Notes under the pieces: model-generated
Told to the model about the DNA's origin: nothing
The model's database searches: none
What the model saw: only the letters and a program-made list of their open reading frames with translations
Origin: Nitrospiraceae bacterium
Lineage (GTDB): Bacteria > Nitrospirota > Nitrospiria > Nitrospirales > Nitrospiraceae
Assembly: GCA_037442105.1 (NCBI GenBank)
Contig: JBBIQV010000006.1
Span: 62,001 to 105,742 of the forward strand
DNA length: 43,742 nucleotides
Direction: 5' to 3'
Translations under genes and position numbers: made by a program
Shown here: positions 1-10,675 of the stretch, in pieces
Layout of the letters: each line of letters starts with the position of its first letter
Position numbering within the stretch: the first letter of the stretch is position 1

Positions 1-999
1 CCGGATGGATTGCTCCGGCTCGATAAAAGTCCGGCCCACGTAGTGATTGCGAATGAGGCCCGTCTCGAACGGGATGCCGGCTCCTTCCGCATAACCCAGT
101 GCAGCCGGCACACCGGAGTCCGGCACTGGGATGACCACATCGGCGGGCACCCACGACTCCTGCGCCAACTGTCTCCCCAGGGCTTTCCGTGTGGCATACA
201 CCGCGTTGGCGCCGAAAATCTTGCTGTCCGGTCTGGCGAAGTACACATATTCGAAGATGCACATCGCCGGCTTCGTCGGCGCAAACGGCCGATGGCTATC
301 GACGCCTTGTTCGCTCAAGACAACCAGCTCGCCCGGCTCGACCTCGCGCACATATTCCGCGTCCAGCAAGTCGAACGCGCAGGTTTCCGAGGCCACAATC
401 CAACTGTCGCGGACTCGCCCGAGGCATAACGGCCGCAAGCCATGAGGGTCTCGCGCCGCAATGACGCCGTTGTCGGTCATCAGCACGACGGAAAAGGCCC
501 CGCGTACCTGGCTGAGCGCGTCCACGACCCGTGCGAGGAACGAATCGGCCCGCGAGTGAGCGATGAGGTGAATAATCACCTCGCTGTCCGAAGTGGACTG
601 GAAGATGGCACCGTACGCCTCGAGCTCGTTGCGCAGGACGGTCGCATTGATCAAATTCCCGTTGTGCGCGAGCGCGAGATTCCCGAAGGCGAAGTTGACG
701 GTGAATGGCTGAACGTTCTTCAGATCATTCCCGCCGGCCGTCGAGTACCGATTATGGCCGATGGCCATGTGGCCGGCCAGTCGCTTCAGTGAAGCCTTGT
801 TGTAGATGTCGGCGACGAGTCCCTGCCCCTTCTCCACATAGAAATGCTCGCCGTCGCCAGACACGATGCCCGAAGCTTCTTGCCCGCGATGCTGCAACGC
901 ATAGAGGCCGAGGTAGGCCAGGTTGGCGGCTTCCTTGTGGCCAAAGATCCCGAAGACCGCACATTCATCGTGAAATTTGTCGGGAGTGATCAGTTGCAT
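1..999 (-). CDS. purF: Amidophosphoribosyltransferase, 5' part; runs off the window's left edge
   Basis: Not in the ORF track. Manual minus-strand translation from ATG at 999 gives MQLITPDKFHDECAVFG...LYALQHRGQE...GIPFETGLIRNHYVGRTFIEPEQSIR. Lies directly downstream of purL. Confidence 0.96.
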   Translation of the reverse strand, partial: MQLITPDKFHDECAVFGIFGHKEAANLAYLGLYALQHRGQEASGIVSGDGEHFYVEKGQGLVADIYNKASLKRLAGHMAIGHNRYSTAGGNDLKNVQPFTVNFAFGNLALAHNGNLINATVLRNELEAYGAIFQSTSDSEVIIHLIAHSRADSFLARVVDALSQVRGAFSVVLMTDNGVIAARDPHGLRPLCLGRVRDSWIVASETCAFDLLDAEYVREVEPGELVVLSEQGVDSHRPFAPTKPAMCIFEYVYFARPDSKIFGANAVYATRKALGRQLAQESWVPADVVIPVPDSGVPAALGYAEGAGIPFETGLIRNHYVGRTFIEPEQSIR

Positions 1000-1000
1000 A

Positions 1001-1072
1001 AGGCTATAGGCGATTGGCTATGGACTATAGGCAAGAACTGTCTGACCCATTGCCTATCGCCCATCGCCTAGC
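1001..1072. repeat. Inverted pair of heptamer tandem repeats (GGCTATA-like x4 / TATCGCC-like x4)
   Basis: ggctata-ggcgatt-ggctatg-gactata-ggc ... cccattgcctatcgcccatcgcctagc; overlaps the purL stop codon. Confidence 0.7.
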
Positions 1073-3309
1073 GCCCTCTCCAAGCTATGCGCCCATCGGT
1101 CATGTATCTGCACTACATCGAGGTCGATCCGGCAACCCGCGCCAGATCGAGTTGCCGCGACATCTATGACCAGCCGGTCACCACCAACGGTCCCGATTGC
1201 CTCAGCAGCGACGCCGGATTCGGCCGCCGCCTTCAGCACCGCCCTGTGCTGCTGGGCCGCCACCGAGAGGACCACGCGCGATTGACTTTCACCGAAGAGA
1301 AGCGAATCGCGCCTGATGTTGAGAGAGTGTAATTCTACCACAGCGCCGATCGGTTGGTCCGGGCCGGATATGCAGCATTCCGCCAAGGCCACAGCCAACC
1401 CTCCATCTGAGCAATCGTGAGCTGAACGCACCCTACCCTCCCGAATCAACTTCAGCACGCAGTCATGCAGTGCCTTCTCCGTCTCCAAGTTCAGGTATGG
1501 GGGCGAGCCCTGCTCCCGCGAATGCAACATCTTGAGATATTCCGTCCCTCCCAACTCGTCTTTCGTGGCCCCGAGGAGAAGGATCACGTCGCCATCCTGT
1601 TTGAACCACTGCGTCATTGCCCGATCGGCCTCGTCGATCAGGCCGACCATGCCGAGCATCGGCGTGGGATAGATAGAAAGCCCGTTCGTTTCGTTATAGA
1701 AACTCACGTTGCCGCTCACGATGGGAATGCCGAAATGCTCGCACGCGTCCTTCATCCCCTCGATTGCCAGCACGAATTGCCACATGATATCCGGCCTTTC
1801 GGGATTGCCGAAGTTCAGACAGTCTGTGAGCCCAATGGGCTCGGCGCCGGAACAGACGAGATTGCGAGCTGCCTCAGCCACCGCAATCTTGGCCCCTTCA
1901 TAAGGCTGGAGCAAACAATAGCGCCCGTTGCAGTCCACTGTCATGGCGAGCGCCTTGTTCGTACCCTTCACCCGGACCACTGCTGCATCCGAGCCGGGTC
2001 GAACCATCGTATTCGTTCGCACCATATGATCGTACTGCTCATAGACCCAGCGTTTGCTGGCGATCGTCGGCGACTCCAGCAGAGCGAGCAAGGCCCCGTT
2101 CACATCTTTCACATCGGGAATGGCATCGAAATTCAGCGACTGGAGAAATTCCTGATAGGCCGGCGGCGAGTAAGGCCGTTCGTAGCGCGGGCCTTCATCC
2201 GCCAGCGCCTTGGCGGGAATCTCGGCGACCACCTTGCCCTGGTCCTTCACGCGCAATATGCCGTCATTCGTCACCCGGCCCACCACCGCCACATCGAGAT
2301 CCCACTTCTTGCAGATCCGGATGCAGTCTTCTTCCTTGCCGGCCTTGGCGACCATCAACATGCGCTCCTGCGATTCGGAGAGCATTAGTTCGTACGGCGT
2401 CATGCCCGGCTCACGCCGAGGCACGTGGGTCAGGTCCAGCTCGACGCCGGTGCCCTCGCGCGACGCCATTTCGCAGGAGGAACTGGTCAGACCGGCGGCC
2501 CCCATATCCTGAATGCCGACCAGCAGATCACCCGCCATTAATTCGAGGCAGGCCTCCAGCAATAACTTCTCGGTGAAGGGATCGCCCACCTGCACCGTCG
2601 GTCGCTTCTGTTCGGATTTGTCGTCGAACGAATCGGACGCCATCGTCGCGCCGTGAATCCCGTCACGGCCCGTCTTCGACCCAAAGTAGATCACCGGATT
2701 GCCGACCCCGGCTGCTTTGCCCTTGAAGATCCTGTCCTTCTTCGCGATGCCGAGGCAAAACACGTTCACCAGCGGGTTCTGCGCGTAAATGTCGTTGAAC
2801 ACGACTTCACCGCCGACCGTGGGCACTCCCATGCAGTTCCCGTAACCCGCGATGCCGGCCACCACACCTTTCATCAGATGCCGATTCTTAGCCTGCTCCA
2901 GCCCACCGAAGCGCAACGAATCCAGCAACGCAATCGGCCGCGCGCCCATCGTGAAGATATCGCGCAGAATTCCGCCCACTCCTGTCGCCGCCCCTTGATA
3001 GGGCTCGATGAACGACGGATGGTTGTGCGACTCCATCTTGAACACGGCGCAGAGGCCGTCGCCGATATCGACTGCGCCGGCGTTTTCCCCTGGCCCCTGC
3101 ACCACGCGAGGTCCCATCGTCGGCAGCTTCTTCAAATGGACACGCGAACTCTTGTATGAGCAATGTTCCGACCACATGACCGAGAACATGCCGAGTTCCG
3201 TCAGATTCGGCTCGCGCCCCAGAATCTCGACGATCTTCTTGAACTCGTCGTCCGTCAGATTGTGCTGCGCGATGAGGTCTTTGGTAATTGAGACACTGTC
3301 TATCGCCAT
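1054..3309 (-). CDS. purL: Phosphoribosylformylglycinamidine synthase subunit PurL (small-type)
   Basis: 751 aa; motifs [37 protein letters not shown]. Confidence 0.98.
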   Translation of the reverse strand: MAIDSVSITKDLIAQHNLTDDEFKKIVEILGREPNLTELGMFSVMWSEHCSYKSSRVHLKKLPTMGPRVVQGPGENAGAVDIGDGLCAVFKMESHNHPSFIEPYQGAATGVGGILRDIFTMGARPIALLDSLRFGGLEQAKNRHLMKGVVAGIAGYGNCMGVPTVGGEVVFNDIYAQNPLVNVFCLGIAKKDRIFKGKAAGVGNPVIYFGSKTGRDGIHGATMASDSFDDKSEQKRPTVQVGDPFTEKLLLEACLELMAGDLLVGIQDMGAAGLTSSSCEMASREGTGVELDLTHVPRREPGMTPYELMLSESQERMLMVAKAGKEEDCIRICKKWDLDVAVVGRVTNDGILRVKDQGKVVAEIPAKALADEGPRYERPYSPPAYQEFLQSLNFDAIPDVKDVNGALLALLESPTIASKRWVYEQYDHMVRTNTMVRPGSDAAVVRVKGTNKALAMTVDCNGRYCLLQPYEGAKIAVAEAARNLVCSGAEPIGLTDCLNFGNPERPDIMWQFVLAIEGMKDACEHFGIPIVSGNVSFYNETNGLSIYPTPMLGMVGLIDEADRAMTQWFKQDGDVILLLGATKDELGGTEYLKMLHSREQGSPPYLNLETEKALHDCVLKLIREGRVRSAHDCSDGGLAVALAECCISGPDQPIGAVVELHSLNIRRDSLLFGESQSRVVLSVAAQQHRAVLKAAAESGVAAEAIGTVGGDRLVIDVAATRSGAGCRIDLDVVQIHDRWAHSLERALGDGR

Positions 3310-3515
3310 TTCCTCACCATCTTTCGAACCTTTCTCTCAACATCTTTCTGGGACAGCACGCGACCAGCCTTTATGTCTTCCTCAGCATGCTCAATCTTCT
3401 GCCGCACGTAAATGTGATACTGGAGGTCTTCCCAGGTAAGATCATCCGGAAGGGCACTGAGCATTTTGACAAGCTCGGCTTTAACATTGGTTTTGGCCTT
3501 CACATTTCTCGCCAT
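3300..3515 (-). CDS. Small antitoxin-like protein of the type usually preceding a RelE/ParE toxin; orphan here
   Basis: [21 protein letters not shown]...[10 protein letters not shown] pattern; overlaps the purL start by 10 nt. Confidence 0.7.
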   Translation of the reverse strand: MARNVKAKTNVKAELVKMLSALPDDLTWEDLQYHIYVRQKIEHAEEDIKAGRVLSQKDVERKVRKMVRKWR

Positions 3516-3518
3516 CTA

Positions 3519-3749
3519 CTAGACCTGTCCAAGTAATTCGAAGTATTCGTCCCGCGAGAGGCCCGCCGTGCGCAAATTGTTCTTGATGATGAACACCGGC
3601 ACTTCGTCCCAATCTGGGATCACAACAGGTCTTGCAACACCGGACTTCACATACACAAAGTGATCCCCTTCCGTCCTCACAAGCTTGAACCCGGCCTTCT
3701 CAAACACCCTTCGCAGCTTCGATGCCGGTATCGGAATGATGCGAGGCAT
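3519..3749 (-). CDS. hicA: HicA-family toxin
   Basis: 76 aa; GF..VRTEGDH..Y motif, V.IP, C-terminal AGLSRDEY; adjacent to a HicB-like gene. Confidence 0.85.
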   Translation of the reverse strand: MPRIIPIPASKLRRVFEKAGFKLVRTEGDHFVYVKSGVARPVVIPDWDEVPVFIIKNNLRTAGLSRDEYFELLGQV

Positions 3750-3753
3750 TGCT

Positions 3754-4023
3754 TTAGGCCGACAGCGACATCACTTCCGTCGACACAATACGAGGGGACT
3801 TCCACGCCCCATCGGTGGTGCGTTGGTAGCCCGCCTCTCTTAGAATATCGTCCAGCGTTCCCAACTTCTCCGCCTCTTCGATAAACAGACGGACGGAGGT
3901 CTTCAAGTTACGTCTTGCTTCGTCAACATCCCTTCCACAACTAGAGACATCCAACTCCGGACAGTGAGCCACATAGGCTTTGCCTTCCTGGAAAATAATG
4001 GCATCGAATTCAATGGGCTTCAT
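3754..4023 (-). CDS. hicB: HicB-family antitoxin
   Basis: YVAHCPELDVSSCG.D.DEA..NL partial RNase H fold motif. Confidence 0.85.
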   Translation of the reverse strand: MKPIEFDAIIFQEGKAYVAHCPELDVSSCGRDVDEARRNLKTSVRLFIEEAEKLGTLDDILREAGYQRTTDGAWKSPRIVSTEVMSLSA

Positions 4024-4154
4024 GAGTCACTCCCTTCAGTAACCGGAGACACCGGCTCCCCTCCGAGAATCTCGACGATCTTCTTGTACTCATCGTCCGT
4101 GAGATTATGCTGCGCGATGAGGTCTTTGGAGATCAGTTGATCGGATGATTTCAT
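4020..4154 (-). pseudogene. Truncated purL 5' copy 3 (44-aa mini-[37 protein letters not shown]...)
   Basis: Near-identical to purL codons ~8-34. Its ATG overlaps the upstream PIN gene stop (ATGA) and its TGA overlaps the hicB ATG (ATGA). Confidence 0.9.
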
Positions 4155-4516
4155 TGGCTCCTGTGCACCTTCCAAGGAATGATCTGTCCGCTTTCGAGCA
4201 GGTCAAACAACTTCTCGGAGCGCTGGCGAGTCATAAACTCTTGAAGAGCCTTAAACCAAATCTCGACTCTTCGCTGAATTGTCAGGTTCTGCCGCACACG
4301 TGAAATGATGACCGCGCCTCGCCAGTCGGTGTCCACGTCTCCGAACTCAGTATCCTGCGTGAGAAGAACGACCTCCTCTCTTGCCAGCCGTTTACGGATC
4401 TCTGAATCTTTCACACCGCGCAAACCCAGCGTGATGATATGCTCGGCATCATATCCCGCCGCTCGCAACCGATGGTAGAGCGGCAGCGGAAAATTCTCGT
4501 CCAATAGGAACTTCAA
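4151..4516 (-). CDS. DUF5615 / Mut7-C-type PIN-like toxin
   Basis: MKFLLDEN...GYDAEH...D.EI...VLLTQDTEFG; downstream of a DUF433 gene. Confidence 0.85.
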   Translation of the reverse strand: MKFLLDENFPLPLYHRLRAAGYDAEHIITLGLRGVKDSEIRKRLAREEVVLLTQDTEFGDVDTDWRGAVIISRVRQNLTIQRRVEIWFKALQEFMTRQRSEKLFDLLESGQIIPWKVHRSQ

Positions 4517-4743
4517 GAGGCCTGCTCAACCGCAGGCGGCACATGTTCGGCAACATGCGCGGCATAGCGAAGCGCGGCAAGAATCTGCTCTCTCGTGATG
4601 GCATAGGCGTCCTGCACCGCCTCGATACTCTCTCCTGCAGCCAGAGCCCCCACCACCGTCGCCACGTCGATACGCGTTCCTGTGAGACAAGGTTTCCCGA
4701 ATCTGATACCGGGGTCCATCGAAATGCCAGGAAAGACTTCCAT
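4513..4743 (-). CDS. DUF433 antitoxin
   Basis: I..DP.IRFGKPCL.GTRI.V..V...LA.G...I.AAL.YAA signature. Confidence 0.9.
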   Translation of the reverse strand: MEVFPGISMDPGIRFGKPCLTGTRIDVATVVGALAAGESIEAVQDAYAITREQILAALRYAAHVAEHVPPAVEQAS

Positions 4744-4753
4744 AGCTCCCCCT

Positions 4754-4882
4754 TCACATAATCGAGAACATGCCGAGTTCCGTCAGATTCGGCTCGCGCC
4801 CCAGAATCTCGACGATCTTCTTGTACTCGTCGTCCGTCAAATTATGCTGCGCGATGAGGTCTTTGGTGATCATGGCTTGCAT
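4754..4882 (-). pseudogene. Truncated purL 5' copy 2 (42-aa mini-[45 protein letters not shown])
   Basis: Matches purL up to FSVM. TGA stands where purL has TGG, and is followed directly by the RBS of the DUF433 gene. Confidence 0.92.
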
Positions 4883-4889
4883 CAGCAAT

Positions 4890-5249
4890 TCACTTCACGG
4901 TATGGCTCAAAAGACCAGACATTTCCAAGACCCGCTTCGACCAAACATTCGACCGCTCTGCAAGACGCTGCCGTTGTTCAAGATCAGTCCAGATACGGCT
5001 CCAGTTGTACTGCCACCGTGCAAGCTGTATTTGCAACACAACGAGTTCCTCCGCCGTGTGGCTCTCAGCTTCCGCCGCCGTCCATTCAATAAAGAACTTG
5101 CTCTCATCTATCAGACTTTCGACCGCTTCCCGGCTGGCGTCGTGCGCGGCAAACGACTTGATACGGCCCAAATTAGCCGCCAGCCCGCCCAGGCGGACGG
5201 GCAAATCGTCCCGCATATATCGCTCTCGAATCGCCGTCCAGTCTTTCAT
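4890..5249 (-). CDS. Hypothetical protein, partner of the DUF5674-like gene (possible TA component)
   Basis: 119 aa; ATGA overlap with the upstream gene; helical protein-like sequence. Confidence 0.7.
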   Translation of the reverse strand: MKDWTAIRERYMRDDLPVRLGGLAANLGRIKSFAAHDASREAVESLIDESKFFIEWTAAEAESHTAEELVVLQIQLARWQYNWSRIWTDLEQRQRLAERSNVWSKRVLEMSGLLSHTVK

Positions 5250-5581
5250 GCGCCCCCCAGCAGTTGACGAACAATCCCGGCCACACGCTCGCGAAGAGCT
5301 GGGTCAAGAATCTCCAGCGAAGGATTGTTCTGACGAGGACGGATATTGATCAGCGATTCAAAGGTGACCTGTTGTGCAGCAGGGTTCCAATCCGCTCCCC
5401 ACACGTCTTCCTGGCGACTGCCATCTTCGATCAACACCGCCTCACAATCCGCGTGCAGCGTGCCACCACCAGCGAGAACACCACGTTGAATGTCCACCGC
5501 CAGCTTGATGTATGTAGCGAGCGCCTGGAGCATCTCTTTCATCTGTTGCTTGGTTGCATGAGCACGAACAAGATGAATCAC
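5246..5581 (-). CDS. DUF5674-family protein
   Basis: IKLAVDI..G.LAGGG.LHADCE..L...GS.Q..VWGA...FESLINIRP.QNN pattern. Confidence 0.75.
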   Translation of the reverse strand: MIHLVRAHATKQQMKEMLQALATYIKLAVDIQRGVLAGGGTLHADCEAVLIEDGSRQEDVWGADWNPAAQQVTFESLINIRPRQNNPSLEILDPALRERVAGIVRQLLGGA

Positions 5582-5733
5582 GACCCTGACGACCCGCCAC
5601 GAATCTCTCGCACGACGTCCGCCAGCGGGATTCCCTTTCCCTCATCAAGTTCGGCCAGCCCTGCGAGAAGGTCCGCCTCCTCCTCATGAGTCAGTGGCTC
5701 CAAGCGATCAATCGGCCCCATTGGTTCCATCAT
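5578..5733 (-). CDS. Short antitoxin-like protein or remnant
   Basis: LTHEEEADLLAGLAELDEGKGIPLADVVREIR resembles an addiction-module antitoxin C-terminus; start uncertain. Confidence 0.5.
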   Translation of the reverse strand: MMEPMGPIDRLEPLTHEEEADLLAGLAELDEGKGIPLADVVREIRGGSSGS

Positions 5734-5818
5734 GTGTTTCCCCATCAGAAATCTCGACGATCTTCTTGTACTCATCGTCCGTCAGATTATGTTGTGCGAT
5801 GAGGTTTTTGGCAATCAT
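5708..5818 (-). pseudogene. Truncated purL 5' copy 1 (36-aa mini-[26 protein letters not shown]...)
   Basis: ~70 nt similar to purL codons 8-30, then diverges. Confidence 0.88.
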
Positions 5819-5827
5819 TGGTCAAGG

Positions 5828-6997
5828 CTACTTTAGCAGGTACTTCGACAGATCTATTTCGCCAAATCCCTTCTTTCTTCTGAGAACCAATTTCTCACCG
5901 TCGTGTCGAATGCTCACATGCCAATAGAACCTATCTTCCAGTTGAGTGGTCCACATTCCTTCAAGCCAGCGAGTGAAGTCTTGAAAGGGAATGAGCAAAA
6001 CGATGCTCTCTGAGCCGCAACCGTAGGCAACATACCCTTCTCTTGCAGCTTCCAGTCTCTCCTTTTGGTGAGGATGAAACGCGTACCAATACATTTCTCT
6101 TGTGTGAGTTCTCGAAACGGCGCAGACAACCACTAACGCTCCGTCAGGAGAACTAAAAGTTGCGCGCGTTTGCTTAACCAGGGAACGACCGAGAAACTTT
6201 TCAATGCGGTCAATACATGCTCCATGGAAATCAACAGGAACGAATTGGGGTGCTGGTTTGTCTTTTTTCCTCGGTGTGTCCTCTTGAACTTCAGCCTCTG
6301 CAACGTCTTGTTGAATTTCCTCCGCCGCAGAAAAGACCAAATCGATGATCCCGTCAACTTTGGTGAATTCTTGCGGCACCAAAATCCCGACTATCTTTTT
6401 CAATATTTGCGGATCCTCAACCGTTTCCTTGAGGAACATCAACCGAACCAACGCATCAACGCTGATTAAACGAATATCCCATGCGTGCCTCGATCCGCGA
6501 ATTTGTGCTTCGAGATCACCTGTATCTTGCCTGCCAACAACAACCAAGATAGAAGACTTCGCTTCGCTTGCCTTACCTTCCTGGATAAGCCTTTTTCTAT
6601 ACTCAGCAATGGCATCGAGGCCTACGCGGTAGGCATCGGTTGTCTTGACCTCAACAATAATCTCACTCCCAAGTGATGATCTCCATAGGCCATCGTGTCC
6701 ACTTTGGCCTGAACTGCCGCGATATCTGCCATCTTCCACTTGAAATCCGAGCCGGCGCCCAATTTGATTCACAACATCTTGAAGGGCATACCCACTGCCA
6801 TCAAATTTTTCAGTGAGACATTCCTCACCATAACGAGCAAGAAGAGCCGAGGGAATGTGCGAGAGAAAATCACGAAATTCTCTAGAGGCATCGCCCCCAT
6901 CAAGGAGCTTTCCAGAGCCAGCAATAGCTATAATTTGTTGAACTTGCTTGCCTTCAAGTTGTGCTCTTGATTTGCCCCACAGATCAAAAAGAGGCAT
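5828..6997 (-). CDS. Putative PD-(D/E)xK restriction-endonuclease-like protein
   Basis: 389 aa; HDGLW...IIVEVKTTD catalytic-like motif; visibly more AT-rich than the pur genes. Confidence 0.65.
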   Translation of the reverse strand: MPLFDLWGKSRAQLEGKQVQQIIAIAGSGKLLDGGDASREFRDFLSHIPSALLARYGEECLTEKFDGSGYALQDVVNQIGRRLGFQVEDGRYRGSSGQSGHDGLWRSSLGSEIIVEVKTTDAYRVGLDAIAEYRKRLIQEGKASEAKSSILVVVGRQDTGDLEAQIRGSRHAWDIRLISVDALVRLMFLKETVEDPQILKKIVGILVPQEFTKVDGIIDLVFSAAEEIQQDVAEAEVQEDTPRKKDKPAPQFVPVDFHGACIDRIEKFLGRSLVKQTRATFSSPDGALVVVCAVSRTHTREMYWYAFHPHQKERLEAAREGYVAYGCGSESIVLLIPFQDFTRWLEGMWTTQLEDRFYWHVSIRHDGEKLVLRRKKGFGEIDLSKYLLK

Positions 6998-7015
6998 GAA
7001 TGTGTCCCCTACGTT

Positions 7016-7741
7016 CTAGTGAGCCACGGCAGGTTTCGGTTGCAGCATCGCCCTTTTCGCCCCCTCCAACATCGAGAGGAAGATCAGCCGCCCGTCCTCG
7101 TTCCCCAGCGCCTCCTCCGCGCACCGTTCCGGATGCGGCATCATGCCGAGCACGTTGCCGGCTGCGTTGCGAATGCCGGCGATGTTGTCGAGCGAGCCGT
7201 TCGGGTTCGCTTCCGGCGTCACCTTGCCCTCCGGCGTGCAGTAGCGGAAGACGACCTGCGCGTTGGCTTGCAATCCTGCCAGCGTCACCGGGTCGGTGTA
7301 GTAGTTGCCGTCCGCATGGGCGATCGGAATTTTCAGCACTTGGCCAGATTCGTACTGACCCGTGAACGGCGTGGCCGCGTTCTCGACCTTCACACAGACG
7401 TCTTTGCAGATAAAGTGCAGCGAACGGTTGCGCAGCATCGCTCCCGGCAGGAGCCCTGCTTCCAGCAGAATTTGAAACCCGTTGCAGATGCCGAGCACGA
7501 GGCCGCCATCGTCGGCAAATTTCTTCACCGCCCCCATGACCGGCGAGAACCGCGCGATGGCCCCCGTCCGTAGATAGTCCCCGTAGGAAAACCCGCCCGG
7601 CAAGATCACGCCATCGAGGCCGGTCAGGGAGGTCTCCTTGTGCCATACCATCGTCACGTCTTGCCCGAGCACGTTCTTAAACACATGCTCGCAATCGTGA
7701 TCGCAGTTAGAACCGGGAAACACCACCACGCCGATGTTCAT
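7016..7741 (-). CDS. purQ: FGAM synthase glutaminase subunit PurQ
   Basis: [33 protein letters not shown]. Confidence 0.98.
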   Translation of the reverse strand: MNIGVVVFPGSNCDHDCEHVFKNVLGQDVTMVWHKETSLTGLDGVILPGGFSYGDYLRTGAIARFSPVMGAVKKFADDGGLVLGICNGFQILLEAGLLPGAMLRNRSLHFICKDVCVKVENAATPFTGQYESGQVLKIPIAHADGNYYTDPVTLAGLQANAQVVFRYCTPEGKVTPEANPNGSLDNIAGIRNAAGNVLGMMPHPERCAEEALGNEDGRLIFLSMLEGAKRAMLQPKPAVAH

Positions 7742-7782
7742 CTCTTCCTCTCCCAGCTACCACGATCAGGCAGGCCAGTAAT

Positions 7783-7899
7783 GGGGCAACAGGGCTTGAC
7801 TCTACTGCGCGCATCGAACGAGCACTCCAACCTTTTTGATGAACCTTGAGATGGATTGAGTGCGCGTTCTGCGAGCACGGAGGCAAGCCCTGTCGCCCC
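7783..7899. repeat. Structured intergenic element, copy A
   Basis: Outer stem GGGGCAACAGGGCTTG/CAAGCCCTGTCGCCCC enclosing CTGCGCGCATCGAACGAGCAC...GTGCGCGTTCTGCGAGCAC. Confidence 0.8.
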
Positions 7900-7911
7900 G
7901 TATCCTTACCA

Positions 7912-8151
7912 TCACTGCAACTCGTACCTATACTCTTCAATGATCGTATTCGCCAACAGCTTCTCGCACATCTGCTTCACCTCAGCCTCCGCCCTGGCCT
8001 TATCCTGCTCGTTCACATCCAATTCCATGTACTTCCCGACCCGCACGTTTCCCGCATTCTTGAACCCCAGCGAATCGAGCGCATGCTCGATCGCCTTTCC
8101 CTGCGGATCGAGAATGCCTTGTTTGAGCGTGACATGGATTTTCGCTTTCAC
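7912..8151 (-). CDS. purS: FGAM synthase subunit PurS
   Basis: LDPQG.AI, VRVGK, LLAN.IIE.Y motifs; upstream of purQ. Confidence 0.96.
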   Translation of the reverse strand: MKAKIHVTLKQGILDPQGKAIEHALDSLGFKNAGNVRVGKYMELDVNEQDKARAEAEVKQMCEKLLANTIIEEYRYELQ

Positions 8152-8162
8152 GAGTGATGCTC

Positions 8163-8372
8163 CTATTGCGGTGACTTATTCAGCCTATCGATGTATTTTC
8201 TGATCTTGAGAATGCCTCCCACGGTGGCAATGCCTCCTGCCGCTAACGCAAGGAACGCCCAGCGCCAGGGTGAATCGTCCAAGCGATAGGCCATCATGCC
8301 GACGACCGCAGCCCACACCAGCACCGCCGCTACCAATCCGTAATTCAGAAAGAGCTGAAGAAACCTCTTCAC
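8163..8372 (-). CDS. Small two-TM membrane protein of unknown function
   Basis: Two hydrophobic segments; GA-rich RBS; fills the purC-purS gap. Confidence 0.7.
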   Translation of the reverse strand: MKRFLQLFLNYGLVAAVLVWAAVVGMMAYRLDDSPWRWAFLALAAGGIATVGGILKIRKYIDRLNKSPQ

Positions 8373-8420
8373 TCTTTTCCTCCCTCACCCCCTCTAAGAA
8401 TTTGGGATGCGTTCTGTTGT

Positions 8421-8515
8421 CGAGAGGTTGGGGTTGGTCTCCCCTGCGCGCGTCCAACGAGCACCCGTCTGCGGGTGCGGGTTGCGCGAGCACAGAGACC
8501 AATCCCAGCCTCTTG
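8421..8515. repeat. Structured intergenic element, copy B
   Basis: Outer stem GAGAGGTTGGGGTTGGTCTC/GAGACCAATCCCAGCCTCTT; core CTGCGCGCGTCCAACGA-GCACCCG-TCTG-CGGGTGC-GGGTTGCGCGAGCAC. Confidence 0.8.
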
Positions 8516-8523
8516 GCATCTTC

Positions 8524-9230
8524 CTACCCGCACACCCTCTTCAGCACCTCCTGATACGCCTCCTCAATCCTCCCCAAATCCTTCCTGAACCTATCTTTGT
8601 CCATCGACTCGCCCGTCCCCATGTCCCAGAACCGGCAGGTGTCCGGCGAAATTTCATCCGCCACGATCGTCTTATTGTGGTACACCCCAAACTCCAGCTT
8701 GAAGTCTACGAGTTGCATCTGCCGCTCCTTGAAAAACGGCGCGAGAATCGCGTTGACCTTGAGGGCGAGCTCTTTCAACTCTCTCGTCACTCCCGGCGTG
8801 GCCACCTTCAACAGTCGCGCGTGGTCGTCGTTGATCAGCGGATCGCCCAGGGCGTCGTTCTTGTAATAGAACTCGACGATGGCCGGCTCGATCGCATCGC
8901 CTTCTTTCAGCCCCAGCCGTTTCGCAAGGCTCCCGGCCACGATATTTCGGACCACCACCTCGACGGGCACAATGGCGACCTTTTTCGTGAGCATCTCCCG
9001 GTCGCTCAGTCGGCGGAGGAAGTGGGTATGCACCCCATGCTCTTCGAGCAGCGCGAACAGCCGCTCTGAAACCTTGTTGTTCACGATACCCTTCTCGACA
9101 ATAGTGCCGCGCTTCTGCGCGTTGAAGGCCGTCGCGTCGTCCTTAAAATACTGCACGACCTCGTCAGACCGATCCGTGGCGAAGATCTTCTTCGCCTTTC
9201 CTTCGTACAGCATGTCGCCTTTGGTCGTCA

Positions 9231-9231
<1 letters not shown>
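8524..9231 (-). CDS. purC: SAICAR synthetase
   Basis: LYEGKAK, PVEVVVRN..AGS, LVDFKLEFG, DEISPDTCRFWD. The true start is probably ATG 9231, overlapping the purB stop. Confidence 0.97.
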
Positions 9232-10553
<1,322 letters not shown>

Positions 10554-10569
10554 CGCATTCTCCGAATGC

Positions 10570-10675
10570 AGGCGAAAGGCGCGAGGCGCGTGGCTAGAGG
10601 GATCGAACAGAAACCCCTTTCGCTTTGAAGAGCTTGTGTCATACCCCTCGCCTCTCGCCTCTCGCCTCTCGCCTT
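10570..10675. repeat. Inverted pair of heptamer tandem repeats (GGCGMGA / TCTCGCC)
   Basis: ggcgaaa-ggcgcga-ggcgcgt-ggctaga ... cctcgcc-tctcgcc-tctcgcc-tctcgcc; the right arm lies in the nusB 3' end. Confidence 0.75.

Noticed and set aside
3170..5820. purL-derived repeats as a CRISPR array or integron attC sites
   Set aside because: The repeats are 70-120 bp coding fragments and not palindromic, the spacers are whole genes, and there is no cas or intI gene
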